Source of the DNA: Polyangiales bacterium
GTDB lineage: Bacteria > Myxococcota_A > Polyangia > Polyangiales > Ga0077539
Direction of reading: 5' to 3'
Assembly (NCBI GenBank): GCA_044229975.1
Contig: JBGARZ010000026.1
Coordinates: 62,728 to 126,727 of the forward strand
DNA: 64,000 nt
Position numbers and translations under genes: made by a program. Shown here piece by piece: positions 27,689 through 37,643 of the stretch (the stretch's first letter is position 1; every line of letters starts with the position of its first letter). Under the pieces are notes generated by a model. The model searched no databases. It was not told where the DNA came from and worked only from the letters and a program-made list of their open reading frames with translations.

Positions 27689-29683
27689 CTACCAGATGTT
27701 GGTCACGCTGACGCCGAAGCGAGCCCGTGAGCCCGCGCTGAAGGCGCGCGTGGGCGACGACGGAAGCGCGCCGCTCGCCGGGTCGTAGCCGTACACGCGA
27801 CCATCGGTGGTCGAGTCGCGTGGAGCGCCGACGAACAACCCCCGCGTGCTCGGGTCGAGGTTGGCGATGGCAGCACCGAAGCCGGTGTCGGCGCCGGGTC
27901 CGTCGAGGTCGGTGCGTCGGAGCGCGGCGCTCAGTGTTCGTGCGCCGTGGAGCACCGTCACCCGCCCGGTGACGCTGAGCGAGGGGGCGCTCGCGCCGAT
28001 GTCCCCGATGGCGTCGCCGTCGATGTCGCCGAGGCCGGTGAGGGCGGCGCCGAAGTGTCCCGCGGGTATCGACGGGGCCGTCAGCGTGGCGGCGGCGTTG
28101 GTGTTGACGCCGAGGCCGTTGCCGACATGGATCAGCACCCTGCCGCGGGTGGTGCCGTCGCCGGGGGCGCCGATGGCGAGGTCCGAGAAGCCGTCGTCGT
28201 TGATGTCGCCGACGTGGACCACGACCGAACCGAAGAAGCTCGTCGGGTCGCCGTCGAGGTTCAGTCGATTGTAGGCGGCGGGGAAGATGCCCATGTCCGT
28301 CCCGCGAAACACGTAGACGCCGCCGCGGTCGGACGGAACGCCCCGCGCCCCGACCACCACGTCGCTGTGCGTCTCGGCGTCGAAGTCCGCCTGCCCCGCG
28401 ACCGACCAGCCGAAGTTGGCGCCGACCTCATTGGCGCCCGTGAGCGTCACCCAGACCGACGGGTCGAGGCCGCTGCGACGCCCGCGGTAGACGAACGCGC
28501 GACCGCGACCGCCGACGGCCTGGGGCTGCCCCACGATGACGTCCGCGTAGCCGTCCACGTTGGTGTCGCCGGCGCCATCGAGGGAGAAGCCGAAGGAGAG
28601 TCCCTCCGTGGCGACGAGGCCCGCGCCGCGGCGCAGCGCGAGCCCGGCGGCTCCATGGAAGATCTCGACGGTGCCTTGCGAGGTGGACTCGTCGTAGGCC
28701 GAGACCCCGAGGTCGGTGTAGCCGTCGCCGTCGACGTCGCCGACGCACGCGACCACGGCGCCGAAGCCCGGCGCGCCATCGGCGGAGGTGAGCACCAGAT
28801 CGGGCGCGGGGAGCGTCGTGCCGAAGGGGCCGCGCCAGACGTACACACGACCGGCGCCGCTGTTCGCGCCGGGACCGCCAACCGCGACGTCCGCGTTGCC
28901 ATCTCCGTCGAGGTCGAGGACGGAGCCGAAGGCGTTTTCGCGCGGCGGTCGGAGCGGTGAGACCCAGAACTCCCAGGTGTCGCTCCAGAGGTCCGTGTGC
29001 GCGCCCGAGAAGAGGAGACCGCGCATGCGCCAGAAGTGGGCGCCGACGGCGAGGTCGGCGGTGACGGTTCCGACGTAGCCGCGCTGGTCGAAGGCGGCCT
29101 CGGGCATGGTGCACGCGCGGTCGCGGCAGACCTGCACCGACGCGCCGACGAGCGGGCCCGCGAGGTCCCACCGCAGCGTCGGACGGGCGACGGTCACCAT
29201 CGACCCGACGGGCGGACCAATGGGCCGCGGCGCGAAGACACCGCTGTCCGCTGGGGGAACATCGATCGGCACATCGACGGAAACGTCGACGGGAGCGACC
29301 GCATCCATGACGACAACAACGTCGGGTGGAGGAACATCCACCGCCTGAACGTCGGGCACGTCCGCGGGCGGCACGTCAGCAACGTCCATGGTCTGAACGT
29401 CGGGTACATCCGCCGTCGGAACATCGACCCCGGCATCGATCGCCGGTCGGTCGTCCGCGGGTGCATCGACGCGGTCGTCGATCGCGACGTCGGTGGCCAT
29501 CACGTCGAGGGCCGTGTCCCCGCCGACATCGCGCCCGACGTCTGCCGCGCCGAGGTCGACCGCCTCGTCGGCGTCGGGCACGTCGATGGAGTGGGTGCGA
29601 AACCCCGGGCAGCCCGCGACCGTCGCGACCAGGAGCGCGAGGTGGAGGCAGCGAAGCGCAGACAGACCAGGCAGGCTCGGCAT
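27689..29683 (-). CDS. FG-GAP / integrin-alpha-like beta-propeller lipoprotein
   Basis: Lipobox VAGC, Asp/Val/Pro linker, CRDRACT domain, repeats DLDGDGNADVAVGGP, GDVDGDGYTD, GDINDDGFSDLAIGAP. Confidence 0.88.
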   Translation of the reverse strand: MPSLPGLSALRCLHLALLVATVAGCPGFRTHSIDVPDADEAVDLGAADVGRDVGGDTALDVMATDVAIDDRVDAPADDRPAIDAGVDVPTADVPDVQTMDVADVPPADVPDVQAVDVPPPDVVVVMDAVAPVDVSVDVPIDVPPADSGVFAPRPIGPPVGSMVTVARPTLRWDLAGPLVGASVQVCRDRACTMPEAAFDQRGYVGTVTADLAVGAHFWRMRGLLFSGAHTDLWSDTWEFWVSPLRPPRENAFGSVLDLDGDGNADVAVGGPGANSGAGRVYVWRGPFGTTLPAPDLVLTSADGAPGFGAVVACVGDVDGDGYTDLGVSAYDESTSQGTVEIFHGAAGLALRRGAGLVATEGLSFGFSLDGAGDTNVDGYADVIVGQPQAVGGRGRAFVYRGRRSGLDPSVWVTLTGANEVGANFGWSVAGQADFDAETHSDVVVGARGVPSDRGGVYVFRGTDMGIFPAAYNRLNLDGDPTSFFGSVVVHVGDINDDGFSDLAIGAPGDGTTRGRVLIHVGNGLGVNTNAAATLTAPSIPAGHFGAALTGLGDIDGDAIGDIGASAPSLSVTGRVTVLHGARTLSAALRRTDLDGPGADTGFGAAIANLDPSTRGLFVGAPRDSTTDGRVYGYDPASGALPSSPTRAFSAGSRARFGVSVTNIW

Positions 29684-29694
29684 CGCGTCGTCGC

Positions 29695-30720
29695 TCAGAA
29701 CCGCAGGGTACAGCCGACGCCACCAGGCGCGGGCACGCATGTCACCGCGGACGTTCGCTCACCTGGCGCGGCGCTGCCCGCTCGCACCCAGGCGTAGACC
29801 GCGCCCGCCGCGAAGACCCCCGCCGCAACGCCAGTGACGATGGCCGCCGTGCTCGTCGCTCCGACGTCGCTGTGGGCCGAGACGCAGTCCGCGCCGCCGA
29901 TGGGGAGCCCGCTCGCCGCGTCGACGAAGCATCGGTCGTCGCCCTGAAACGCGTCGTAGCGCGACTGCCGGACGATGAGCGAGACCACCGCTCCGACGGC
30001 GAGCGCGGAGGCCGTGATCGTGGTGGCCCAGGCGACCGGACGCCACGCCGTCGATGGCCGCGGCGAGGGCGCGGCCCTGGGCGGAAGCACCATCACGGGC
30101 GCGGGCGGCGACACCACCGGCACGGGCACCGCAACCACCACCGGCGGCGTGACGGGCGTCGCCGGTGCCTCGGGCTGCATCGGCATCTCTTCGCGCGCCA
30201 CCTGCCCCGCGACGATGGTGACGTCGCGACGAACGACGTAGTAGCCCGCGAGGCGCAGCTCGACCCGCAGCGCACCAACCGGCGCCCAGACGGAGGCCGT
30301 CATCGGGAGCGTCCCGACGGCCGTGCCGTCGATGAGCACCTGCGCCCCTGGAACACCTCCGCTGATCTGGAGCTGACCAAGGTGCTCGCGGATGCGCGCG
30401 AGGTCGGCGTCGAGGCGGGCGCGGCGCGACTCGACCCAGTCGTCGTCGTGTCCGGTGAGCGCCTCGCGGAGGTCGCGCTCGGCATCGACCCAACGACCCT
30501 GCGCCTGCTCGGCCCACGCGAGCTGCACCCGAACCCGCGGCTGCGGGCACCGCTGCGCCAGGTCACGAAACAAGGTCAGCGCGTCCGCGTCGCGGCCCTC
30601 GCGGCGTAGCGCCACGCCGTCGCGAACGCCGCTCGCGCAGCGGTCGGCCGTCTGCGCGAGCGCCGCCGAGGGGAGCGCCGCCATCCAGCACGCGAGGATG
30701 ACCGAAGACCGCACGCTCAC
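29695..30720 (-). CDS. Exported TPR + PEGA domain protein with C-terminal hydrophobic segments
   Basis: Signal peptide, TPR-like helices, PEGA (GAQVLIDGTAVGTLP..VRRDV), C-terminal CTLRF; GTGA-coupled to the kinase. Confidence 0.82.
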   Translation of the reverse strand: MSVRSSVILACWMAALPSAALAQTADRCASGVRDGVALRREGRDADALTLFRDLAQRCPQPRVRVQLAWAEQAQGRWVDAERDLREALTGHDDDWVESRRARLDADLARIREHLGQLQISGGVPGAQVLIDGTAVGTLPMTASVWAPVGALRVELRLAGYYVVRRDVTIVAGQVAREEMPMQPEAPATPVTPPVVVAVPVPVVSPPAPVMVLPPRAAPSPRPSTAWRPVAWATTITASALAVGAVVSLIVRQSRYDAFQGDDRCFVDAASGLPIGGADCVSAHSDVGATSTAAIVTGVAAGVFAAGAVYAWVRAGSAAPGERTSAVTCVPAPGGVGCTLRF

Positions 30721-32102
30721 TCCTCGATGGGCGCGCCGTTGGCGCCGAGCTGCCGACGCGCCGTCCGCACGGTCGATCGCGGACGCGGCGCCGAACGGAT
30801 CGGCGCCACCACGACGGGCGGCGCGACGACGGGCGCCGGGTCGGGCGACGCGACGACAGGGACCGGTGCGGGTGACGGATCGGGAGCGCGGGCGATCACG
30901 GGCGCGGGCTCTACCACGACCGGCGCCAGCGGCCGACGAGAGACGGGCGTCGCGGGCACTCGCGGGGTCGCCACCCACCACAGCACGGCCGCGGCGCCGG
31001 TCGCGAGCAGCAGACCGCCGACGAGGGCGGCGCGCCGGCGCGAGGGAGGCATCGGGCGCACGACGGCCTGGAGCGAATCGGGGTCGGGCGTGGGGGGCGA
31101 CACCACGACATCGACGGGCGGAGGGGGCGCTACGGGCGGAGGCTCTTCGACGGCGGGCGGATCGGCGTGGAAGATGGGGCCCCACGACGCGCGAGACGGC
31201 GGTGACGCGAAGGGGAGCAGGGCGCGCGCGAGGTCGTCGACGGAGGCGTAGCGGGCGCTGATGTCGACGCTCGCGGCGCGCATCACGACGGCCTCGAAGC
31301 CCTCCGGGATCTCGGGGCGAACCGCGCGCGGCGTGACCATCGTGCCCGACACGATGTTGCGCAGCACGACGTAGAGGGACTTGCCGTCGAAGGCCCGGCG
31401 GCCGGTGACGCACTCCGAGAGGATCACCCCGAGGGTGTACTGATCGCTCGGGGCCTGGGCGCTGCGCGGGTCCTGCGCCTGCTCGGGGGACATGTACCAG
31501 GGCGTTCCGATGAGGGCGCCGGTGGCGGTGAGGCCGTCGACGTCGAGGCTGTCGACCTTGGACACGCCGAAGTCGAGCACCTTCACCTGCTCGCGCCCGA
31601 GGCCGTCGCGCGACAGGAAGATGTTGGCGGGCTTCAGGTCGCGATGAACGATGCCCTCCGCATGCGTCGCGGTCACCGCCGCGCAGACCGGCAGCATCAC
31701 CTCCACGGTGCGCGTGACGGAGAGCGCGCCGTCTCGCGCGATGACCTCCGCCAGCGTCTCGCCCTCCAGAAACTCCATCACGAGGTACGGGACCCCGTTG
31801 AGGATGCCGTGGTCGGAGACGTCCACCACGTGCGGGTGGCGCAGCCGCGAGGTGGCCCTCCCCTCGGTCACGAAGCGCGCCCTCGCCCGCGGGTCGTCGG
31901 CGATGCGACGGTGCAGCGCCTTCAGCGCCACGCGCTTGCCGAGCTCGCGGTGCTTCGCCTCGTACACGGCGCCCATGCCGCCTCGCCCGATGCACCGCAC
32001 GATGGCGTACGCGCCAAACGCCGACCCCGGCGGGAGCGTCGGGTCGCGCTCGCTGCCCTCCGACTCGTCCGAGGGCGTTGGCTCTGTCTGCTGCGCACCC
32101 AC
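30717..32102 (-). CDS. Membrane-anchored Ser/Thr protein kinase
   Basis: GRGGMG, VALK, HRDLKPAN, DFG, GTPWYMSPE; TM, Pro-rich tail ending GANGAPI; GTG start approximate. Confidence 0.92.
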   Translation of the reverse strand: MGAQQTEPTPSDESEGSERDPTLPPGSAFGAYAIVRCIGRGGMGAVYEAKHRELGKRVALKALHRRIADDPRARARFVTEGRATSRLRHPHVVDVSDHGILNGVPYLVMEFLEGETLAEVIARDGALSVTRTVEVMLPVCAAVTATHAEGIVHRDLKPANIFLSRDGLGREQVKVLDFGVSKVDSLDVDGLTATGALIGTPWYMSPEQAQDPRSAQAPSDQYTLGVILSECVTGRRAFDGKSLYVVLRNIVSGTMVTPRAVRPEIPEGFEAVVMRAASVDISARYASVDDLARALLPFASPPSRASWGPIFHADPPAVEEPPPVAPPPPVDVVVSPPTPDPDSLQAVVRPMPPSRRRAALVGGLLLATGAAAVLWWVATPRVPATPVSRRPLAPVVVEPAPVIARAPDPSPAPVPVVASPDPAPVVAPPVVVAPIRSAPRPRSTVRTARRQLGANGAPIEE

Positions 32103-32195
32103 TCGTCGACGGCCTCGTGGCGCCGGAGCATACCCGATTGGCACCGCGCGGGAATCTTGCGAGTCGCCCGTCCGCGGTCGCATGGTGCGCGCCGC

Positions 32196-32882
32196 ATGGC
32201 CCTCCGACTGGTGCGATCTGGCGACGGCGACGACACCACCTCCACGGGCGGCGACGATGCCGCGACGTATCCCTTCGGGGAGACGCCGTTGGTGGTGACC
32301 TTCGCGGCGAGCGACGACCTCCGCGGGCTGCGCGCCGACCAGCGCCTCTCGCTCGCGGCGACGCCCGAGATCTCCCCCGACGACGCCTACCTCGTGCTGC
32401 CCAACCGGGCGCGCGACCAGCTCGTGACGGCCTTTGCGCGCGGCGAGTCGGGCCGCGTGGCGCAGTGGTTCTCCGAGGCGTGGGTGGTGCGCGCGGAGGT
32501 CGACGGAGGCCGGGCCCCGCGGCTCTTCATCGGCGCCCTGTGGCGCGCCACCGACCTGATCGCGGGCCGCTCGGGTCGGGTGGTCTCCATGGGCGGCGTC
32601 GGCGACGCGATGCGGATCATCAACCGCCTCCCCTTCATCGAGTCGCTGGCCCGCGGCGGGCTGCTCGATGCGCGCGGGGCGCAGATGATCCTGTCGCGCG
32701 GCAGCTATGTGGGCGTGTCGCGCCTGGGCATGCCCGAGCTCGGCCTCGGCCCCGACACGGTCGAGCCCACCTTCGTGTGGACCGAGCGCGAGGGTCACGG
32801 CACCCGCGTCCGGGTCGCGCTCTCCGCCGCCGAAGACGACGCCCCCGTCGCGCTGCTCTCGCCGCTCACCCTCGTCGCCTGA
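32196..32882 (+). CDS. Hypothetical protein (228 aa)
   Basis: Coding-like codon bias, fills the gap upstream of rpoH; no motif recognised. Confidence 0.6.
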   Translation: MALRLVRSGDGDDTTSTGGDDAATYPFGETPLVVTFAASDDLRGLRADQRLSLAATPEISPDDAYLVLPNRARDQLVTAFARGESGRVAQWFSEAWVVRAEVDGGRAPRLFIGALWRATDLIAGRSGRVVSMGGVGDAMRIINRLPFIESLARGGLLDARGAQMILSRGSYVGVSRLGMPELGLGPDTVEPTFVWTEREGHGTRVRVALSAAEDDAPVALLSPLTLVA

Positions 32883-32999
32883 GCGCCGCCGTTCTGCGGG
32901 GGAATATCGCCCCTCGGCTGCGGTTGAGTGCCGACCGTGGACGCTGCGCGCGAAGCCCCGTAAGGTGCGCCGTCCAATCCAGCGCGAGGATGCCGAGAC

Positions 33000-34148
33000 G
33001 TGACGACGAAGACCCGCAGCGGCACCGAGCCTGAGGGCGCGAAGCCGAGCCCGACGAAGCGGAAGATGCCCGGCGCGAAGCCACGCCCCACGAAGGCGCG
33101 CGCCGCGAAGGCCCCCACCCCGCGCGAGGAGTCCGAGGAGGAGGAGCCGAAGTCGGCGCGCTCGTCCGACGATGAGCTGGAGACCAACGACGACGGCGAC
33201 GACGCGGTGGTCGGCGAGATCGCGGGCGACCTCGGGGGCGACGACGACGGCGGAGCGGATGTTCGCATCGCGGCCCCGAAGGACACCGGGCTGCGGAAGT
33301 ACGACGCGTTCACGGCGTACCTGTCCGAGGTGCAGCGGCACAAGCTGCTCACCCCCGACGAGGAGCACGAGCTCGCGGTGCGCTACGCGACGACGGCCGA
33401 CGTGAAGGCCGCGGCGCGCATGGTGACGGCCAACCTGCGGCTGGTGGTGAAGATCGCGTTCGAGTACCGGCGCGCGTACCGCAACCTCATGGACCTCATC
33501 CAGGAGGGCAACATCGGGCTGATGCAGGCGGTGAAGCGCTACGACCCGTACCGCGGCGTGAAGCTGTCGTCGTACGCGGCGTGGTGGATACGCGCGTACA
33601 TCCTGCGGTTCATCCTCAACAACTGGCGGCTGGTGAAGCTGGGGACGACGCAGACGCAGCGGAAGCTGTTCTTCAACCTCAACAAGGAGAAGCAGCGGCT
33701 CATCTCGCTCGGCGTCGACCCGACCTCCGCGGAGCTGTCGCGGCAGCTCGATGTTCCCGAGCACGAGGTGGTGGAGATGGACCGTCGGTTGTCCGGCGCC
33801 GACCTCTCCCTCGACGCGCCCATCGGCGACGGCGACGGCAAGCCCACCACGCGCATGGACCTCATGCCGTCGAGCAACGCGCGCGTCGACGACGTGCTCG
33901 CGGGCGCCGAGATCAGCGGCATGGTGCGCGAGAAGCTCGAAGCCTTCGGCCGCACCCTCATCAACAAGGAAGCGGCCATCTTCCAGGACCGCCTGATGCA
34001 CGACGAGCCGGCCACCCTCCAGGAGATCGGCGACCGCTATCACATCTCCCGCGAGCGCGTTCGGCAGATCGAGAAGCGCCTCCAGGACAAGCTCCGGGTG
34101 TTTCTCCAGGCCGAGCTCGGCGAGGCGATGGAGCTCGGTGTCGACTGA
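33000..34148 (+). CDS. rpoH: RNA polymerase sigma-32 (RpoH-family) factor
   Basis: [29 protein letters not shown], RpoH box QRKLFFNL, region 4 [15 protein letters not shown]. Confidence 0.9.
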   Translation: MTTKTRSGTEPEGAKPSPTKRKMPGAKPRPTKARAAKAPTPREESEEEEPKSARSSDDELETNDDGDDAVVGEIAGDLGGDDDGGADVRIAAPKDTGLRKYDAFTAYLSEVQRHKLLTPDEEHELAVRYATTADVKAAARMVTANLRLVVKIAFEYRRAYRNLMDLIQEGNIGLMQAVKRYDPYRGVKLSSYAAWWIRAYILRFILNNWRLVKLGTTQTQRKLFFNLNKEKQRLISLGVDPTSAELSRQLDVPEHEVVEMDRRLSGADLSLDAPIGDGDGKPTTRMDLMPSSNARVDDVLAGAEISGMVREKLEAFGRTLINKEAAIFQDRLMHDEPATLQEIGDRYHISRERVRQIEKRLQDKLRVFLQAELGEAMELGVD

Positions 34149-35016
34149 CCCGCGACCGGGCGCGCTCCTCGTCGTCGCGACGCCCATCGGCAACCTCGAA
34201 GACATCACCCTCCGCGCGCTCGCCACGCTGCGCGCCTGCGACGTGGTGCTCGCCGAGGACACCCGCCGCACCCGCTCGCTCCTCCACGCCCACCACATCG
34301 ACCGCCCGCTCGAACGCCTCGACGACCACGTCGTTCGGACCCGCGGGGACGAGATGCTCGACCGCATCGCCGAGGGCCGCACCTTCGCGCTCGTCAGCGA
34401 CGCCGGAACGCCCCTCGTCAGCGACCCCGGCGCCGCTCTCGTGCGCGCCGCCGTCGCCCGCGGCCTGCGCGTCGAGGCGCTCCCCGGACCGAGCGCCGCC
34501 CTCGCCGCGCTCGTGGTGTCCGGTCTCGCGGGGTCGGGCTTCCGCTTCGTGGGCTTCCTGCCGCGCGAGGGCAGCGACCGCCGCGCCGCCATCATGGCCG
34601 CCGCGCGCGACCCGCTGCCCACCATCTTCTACGAGTCGCCCGAGCGCACCGCCGACACCCTCGCGGCGCTACGAACGGTCTGCGGCGACGGTCGCCGCGT
34701 GGCCCTCTGCCGCGAGCTCACCAAGCTCTACGAGACGGTCGTGCGCGACACCCTCGGCGGCCTCGTCGACGCGCTCGCCGCGGGCTCGGTGATCGTCCGC
34801 GGCGAGGTCTCGCTGGTGCTGGAGGGAGCGCCCGCCGAGATGCAGGGCGTCGGTGAGGAGCAGTCGCCCACGGCCGCGCTCGACGCCGCGCTCGACGCCG
34901 CGCTCGCCGCGGGTCTCAAGCCCGCCGACGCCTCACGCGAGGTCGCGCGTGCCCTCGGTCTGCGACGCGCCGACGTCTACGCGCGCCTCTTGGAACGCAC
35001 GCGCCCCGCGGAGTGA
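34138..35016 (+). CDS. rsmI: 16S rRNA (cytidine1402-2'-O)-methyltransferase
   Basis: [47 protein letters not shown]. Confidence 0.95.
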   Translation: MSTDPRPGALLVVATPIGNLEDITLRALATLRACDVVLAEDTRRTRSLLHAHHIDRPLERLDDHVVRTRGDEMLDRIAEGRTFALVSDAGTPLVSDPGAALVRAAVARGLRVEALPGPSAALAALVVSGLAGSGFRFVGFLPREGSDRRAAIMAAARDPLPTIFYESPERTADTLAALRTVCGDGRRVALCRELTKLYETVVRDTLGGLVDALAAGSVIVRGEVSLVLEGAPAEMQGVGEEQSPTAALDAALDAALAAGLKPADASREVARALGLRRADVYARLLERTRPAE

Positions 35017-35055
35017 CAGAGACGTCTCGACCCGACCGGCGGACTACGGCAGAGA

Positions 35056-35185
35056 GAAGCCGCAAGGGCGCGAGGGTCGCAAGGGGCAAAGAAGGAGGGG
35101 CTTCATCCGCAACGCTCGCGGCGATGCTTCTTCCTCTGTCTGTGTCTCTGCTTCTCCCTTGCGACCCTCGCGCCCTTGCGGCTTC
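35056..35185. repeat. Perfect 30-bp inverted repeat with 70-bp spacer (REP/REPIN-like)
   Basis: GAAGCCGCAAGGGCGCGAGGGTCGCAAGGG at 35056-35085, exact reverse complement at 35156-35185, between convergent genes. Confidence 0.8.
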
Positions 35186-35208
35186 CATCTTCTTCCGCGG
35201 CGAGAACG

Positions 35209-36600
35209 CTACATCCCGACGGTGAGCATTCCGCCGCCGGGGAGCGGGGCTACGCCGAAGCGCAGCGGTGACTCCGTCGCGGCGCTGGGCAACCGATTGG
35301 GGTTGCGGTCGGCCTCGCTCGGCGCCGCGAGAAACCACGCGAGCACGCCGCCGCCGAGGATGCCGACGGCCATGCCGACGCCGACGCCCTCGATCTGCTG
35401 CGAGGCGACGCCGATTCCGCCACCGACGAGGCCGCCGACGGCGGCACCGAGGTCAGCCCAGCGCGTCTGCGCAGGCGTCGGACGCAGCACGCCCGCGGTG
35501 AACATCGCCAGCACCATGCCGACGCCCTCGCCGACGAGCAGGCCGCTCGCCGCGGTCTCGTTGCGCAGTCGATTGCCCTTCATCACCATGGTCACCGAAA
35601 GACCGACCAGCGATCCCCAGACGCCTGCCGACGTCGCGTAGGTCATGCTTCCGGGCTCGGCGTCGGTCAGGTGCGCGAGGCCGAGCGACAGGCCGATGCC
35701 GAGCGTGGCGCCCGCGAGCCCGATGCCCCACCCGTCGCTGGGCTCACGAGGCTGGGCGTAGACGACCGCGGCCGTCCCGGCGAGAGAGCCCAGGATGAGC
35801 CCCGTGCTCACCGCGTAGCCGCGCCCACGACGCACGGCGTGCGAGCGGTCGAGCAGCGCGGCGGTGACGATCCCGCCCGCGACGCCGAGCAAGGGCAGAA
35901 CGATGCGCGAGGCGTTGCGCTCGTCCTCGGTGACGGCGAGACCCGCCCAGGTGCCGAGGACGAAGCCGTAGGTCGCCGCCGCGCCGTAGAGGCTCAACAC
36001 CTCGAAGCCCGCGATGGTGTCTGGCGGTCGGCCCGACGCCACCTGCACGGGCGCATCGGTCGTCTCGGCAACGGGCTCTGCGACGTCGGCCCGCACCTGT
36101 CGCAGCGCCGCAAACACCGCCGCATCGGGGCCCGTCCCAGCCGACGCATCGATCGCCTGGAGGTACACGTCGGCGCCATGGAGGTCCCACCGGGCGAGGC
36201 GATCGACGAGGCCGTCGATGAGCAGCGCGCGCGAGGTCTCCTCCGATGGCGGCGGCGGCGCCTCGCCCTCGGCCGTGGGTGCAGCAGGCGGCTCTGCCGG
36301 GCGCGCGCCCGCGGTCGGAGCACCGGGACGATTGCGCCCATCCGCGAGGCGGAAGAGCACCGCGACCACATCGCGTCCGCTCAGGTCGATGCCGTTGGTG
36401 CGGGCCACGTGAGCAAGCAGCGCGGCGGCATCGCCGGGTTGCCGCGCTCTCAACAACGCCAGCGCGTGACGCACCTGGGTATCCACCGACGCCTCGGCCG
36501 AGGCCGCCATCCCGTCGGGCAGCTGTTGCGCCTGCGCCGCGGCCGACGAGGCGAGCGCGATCGCCGCCGCCAGCCACGCGTGCCTCCGACCAGCGTTCAT
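35209..36600 (-). CDS. Exported/membrane protein with C-terminal Gly-rich multi-TM region
   Basis: Signal peptide AAAQA; several GxxxG-rich hydrophobic helices; ATGA overlap with trpS. Confidence 0.7.
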   Translation of the reverse strand: MNAGRRHAWLAAAIALASSAAAQAQQLPDGMAASAEASVDTQVRHALALLRARQPGDAAALLAHVARTNGIDLSGRDVVAVLFRLADGRNRPGAPTAGARPAEPPAAPTAEGEAPPPPSEETSRALLIDGLVDRLARWDLHGADVYLQAIDASAGTGPDAAVFAALRQVRADVAEPVAETTDAPVQVASGRPPDTIAGFEVLSLYGAAATYGFVLGTWAGLAVTEDERNASRIVLPLLGVAGGIVTAALLDRSHAVRRGRGYAVSTGLILGSLAGTAAVVYAQPREPSDGWGIGLAGATLGIGLSLGLAHLTDAEPGSMTYATSAGVWGSLVGLSVTMVMKGNRLRNETAASGLLVGEGVGMVLAMFTAGVLRPTPAQTRWADLGAAVGGLVGGGIGVASQQIEGVGVGMAVGILGGGVLAWFLAAPSEADRNPNRLPSAATESPLRFGVAPLPGGGMLTVGM

Positions 36601-37589
36601 CGCGGGAGCTTCGGCAGCCCGACCCGATCACGCACCCGGTCGAGCGTGTCGCGGGCCACCGAACGAGCGCGCTTCGCACCATCCTGGAGCACGTCTTCGA
36701 GCGTCGACGGGTCGGCGAGGAGCTGGAGGTACTTCTCCCGCGGCGCCGCGAGGTGGGCGTCGAGGGCGGTCGCAAGGCGCTCCTTCGCGTGGCCGTAGCC
36801 GAAGCCTCCGGCCCGGTAGCGCTCGGCCATGTCGGCAACCTCGTCGGCCGAGGCGACCAGCTTGTAGAGGGCGAAGACGTTGTCGGTGTCGGGGTTCTTC
36901 GGGTCGTCGAGGCCCGCGCCGTCGGTCTTGATGGTCTTCACCTGCTTGCGAAGAACCTTCTCCGTCGCGAACACCTCGATGGTGTTGTTGTAGCTCTTGG
37001 ACATCTTCTGCCCGTCGAGCCCGGGGATGGTCGGAACCTCCTCCTGCACCAGCGCCTCGGGGCGATGCAGGCACTCGCCGTAGAGGGCGTTGAGGTGCCC
37101 GGCCATGTCCTGCGCCATCTCGACGTGCTGCAACTGGTCGCGCCCCACCGGCACCGCGTCGCTGTCGTACAGCAGGATGTCGGCGGCCATGAGCACCGGG
37201 TAGAAGAAGGTTCCGCTGGGGAGCACGCCCCCTTCGCCCTTCTCGACGGCGGCCTTGTAGGCGTGGGCGCGCATGAGGTGCCCCACCCCGGTGACGCAGC
37301 TCAGGTGCCACGCGAGCTCGACCACCTCGGGCACGTCGCTCTGCCGGAAGAACACCGCCCGCGCCGGGTCGAGCCCGAACGCCAGGAAGGTCGCGGTGAT
37401 CTCCAGGCTCGTCCGCCGCAGGAGCGCGGGGTCGCGGCCCGTGGTGAGCGCATGGTAGTCGGCCACGAAATAGAAGGCGTCGTGGCTGTCCTGGAGGGCG
37501 ATGGCGGGGCGCACCATGCCGAAATAGTTGCCCAGATGGGGGGTCCCCGTGGGCTTGATGCCCGACAGGGCGCGCAGGCGTCGCGTCAT
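36597..37589 (-). CDS. trpS: Tryptophan--tRNA ligase
   Basis: SGIKPTG.PHLGNY (HIGH), YPVLMAADILLY, VPVGRDQ, KMSKS. Confidence 0.97.
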   Translation of the reverse strand: MTRRLRALSGIKPTGTPHLGNYFGMVRPAIALQDSHDAFYFVADYHALTTGRDPALLRRTSLEITATFLAFGLDPARAVFFRQSDVPEVVELAWHLSCVTGVGHLMRAHAYKAAVEKGEGGVLPSGTFFYPVLMAADILLYDSDAVPVGRDQLQHVEMAQDMAGHLNALYGECLHRPEALVQEEVPTIPGLDGQKMSKSYNNTIEVFATEKVLRKQVKTIKTDGAGLDDPKNPDTDNVFALYKLVASADEVADMAERYRAGGFGYGHAKERLATALDAHLAAPREKYLQLLADPSTLEDVLQDGAKRARSVARDTLDRVRDRVGLPKLPR

Positions 37590-37643
37590 GGCGGCGGACG
37601 GTAGAACAGCGACGCGCACGATGCACCCACGGGTTGGGATATC

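Noticed and set aside
32138..32160. TTGGCAC...TTGC upstream of 32196 as a sigma54 promoter
   Set aside because: The GG to GC spacing is much longer than the required 10 nt.
30717..34625. 1302-aa ORF suggesting a giant kinase fusion
   Set aside because: Only the last ~460 aa are kinase; the rest is antisense to the orphan gene, rpoH and rsmI.
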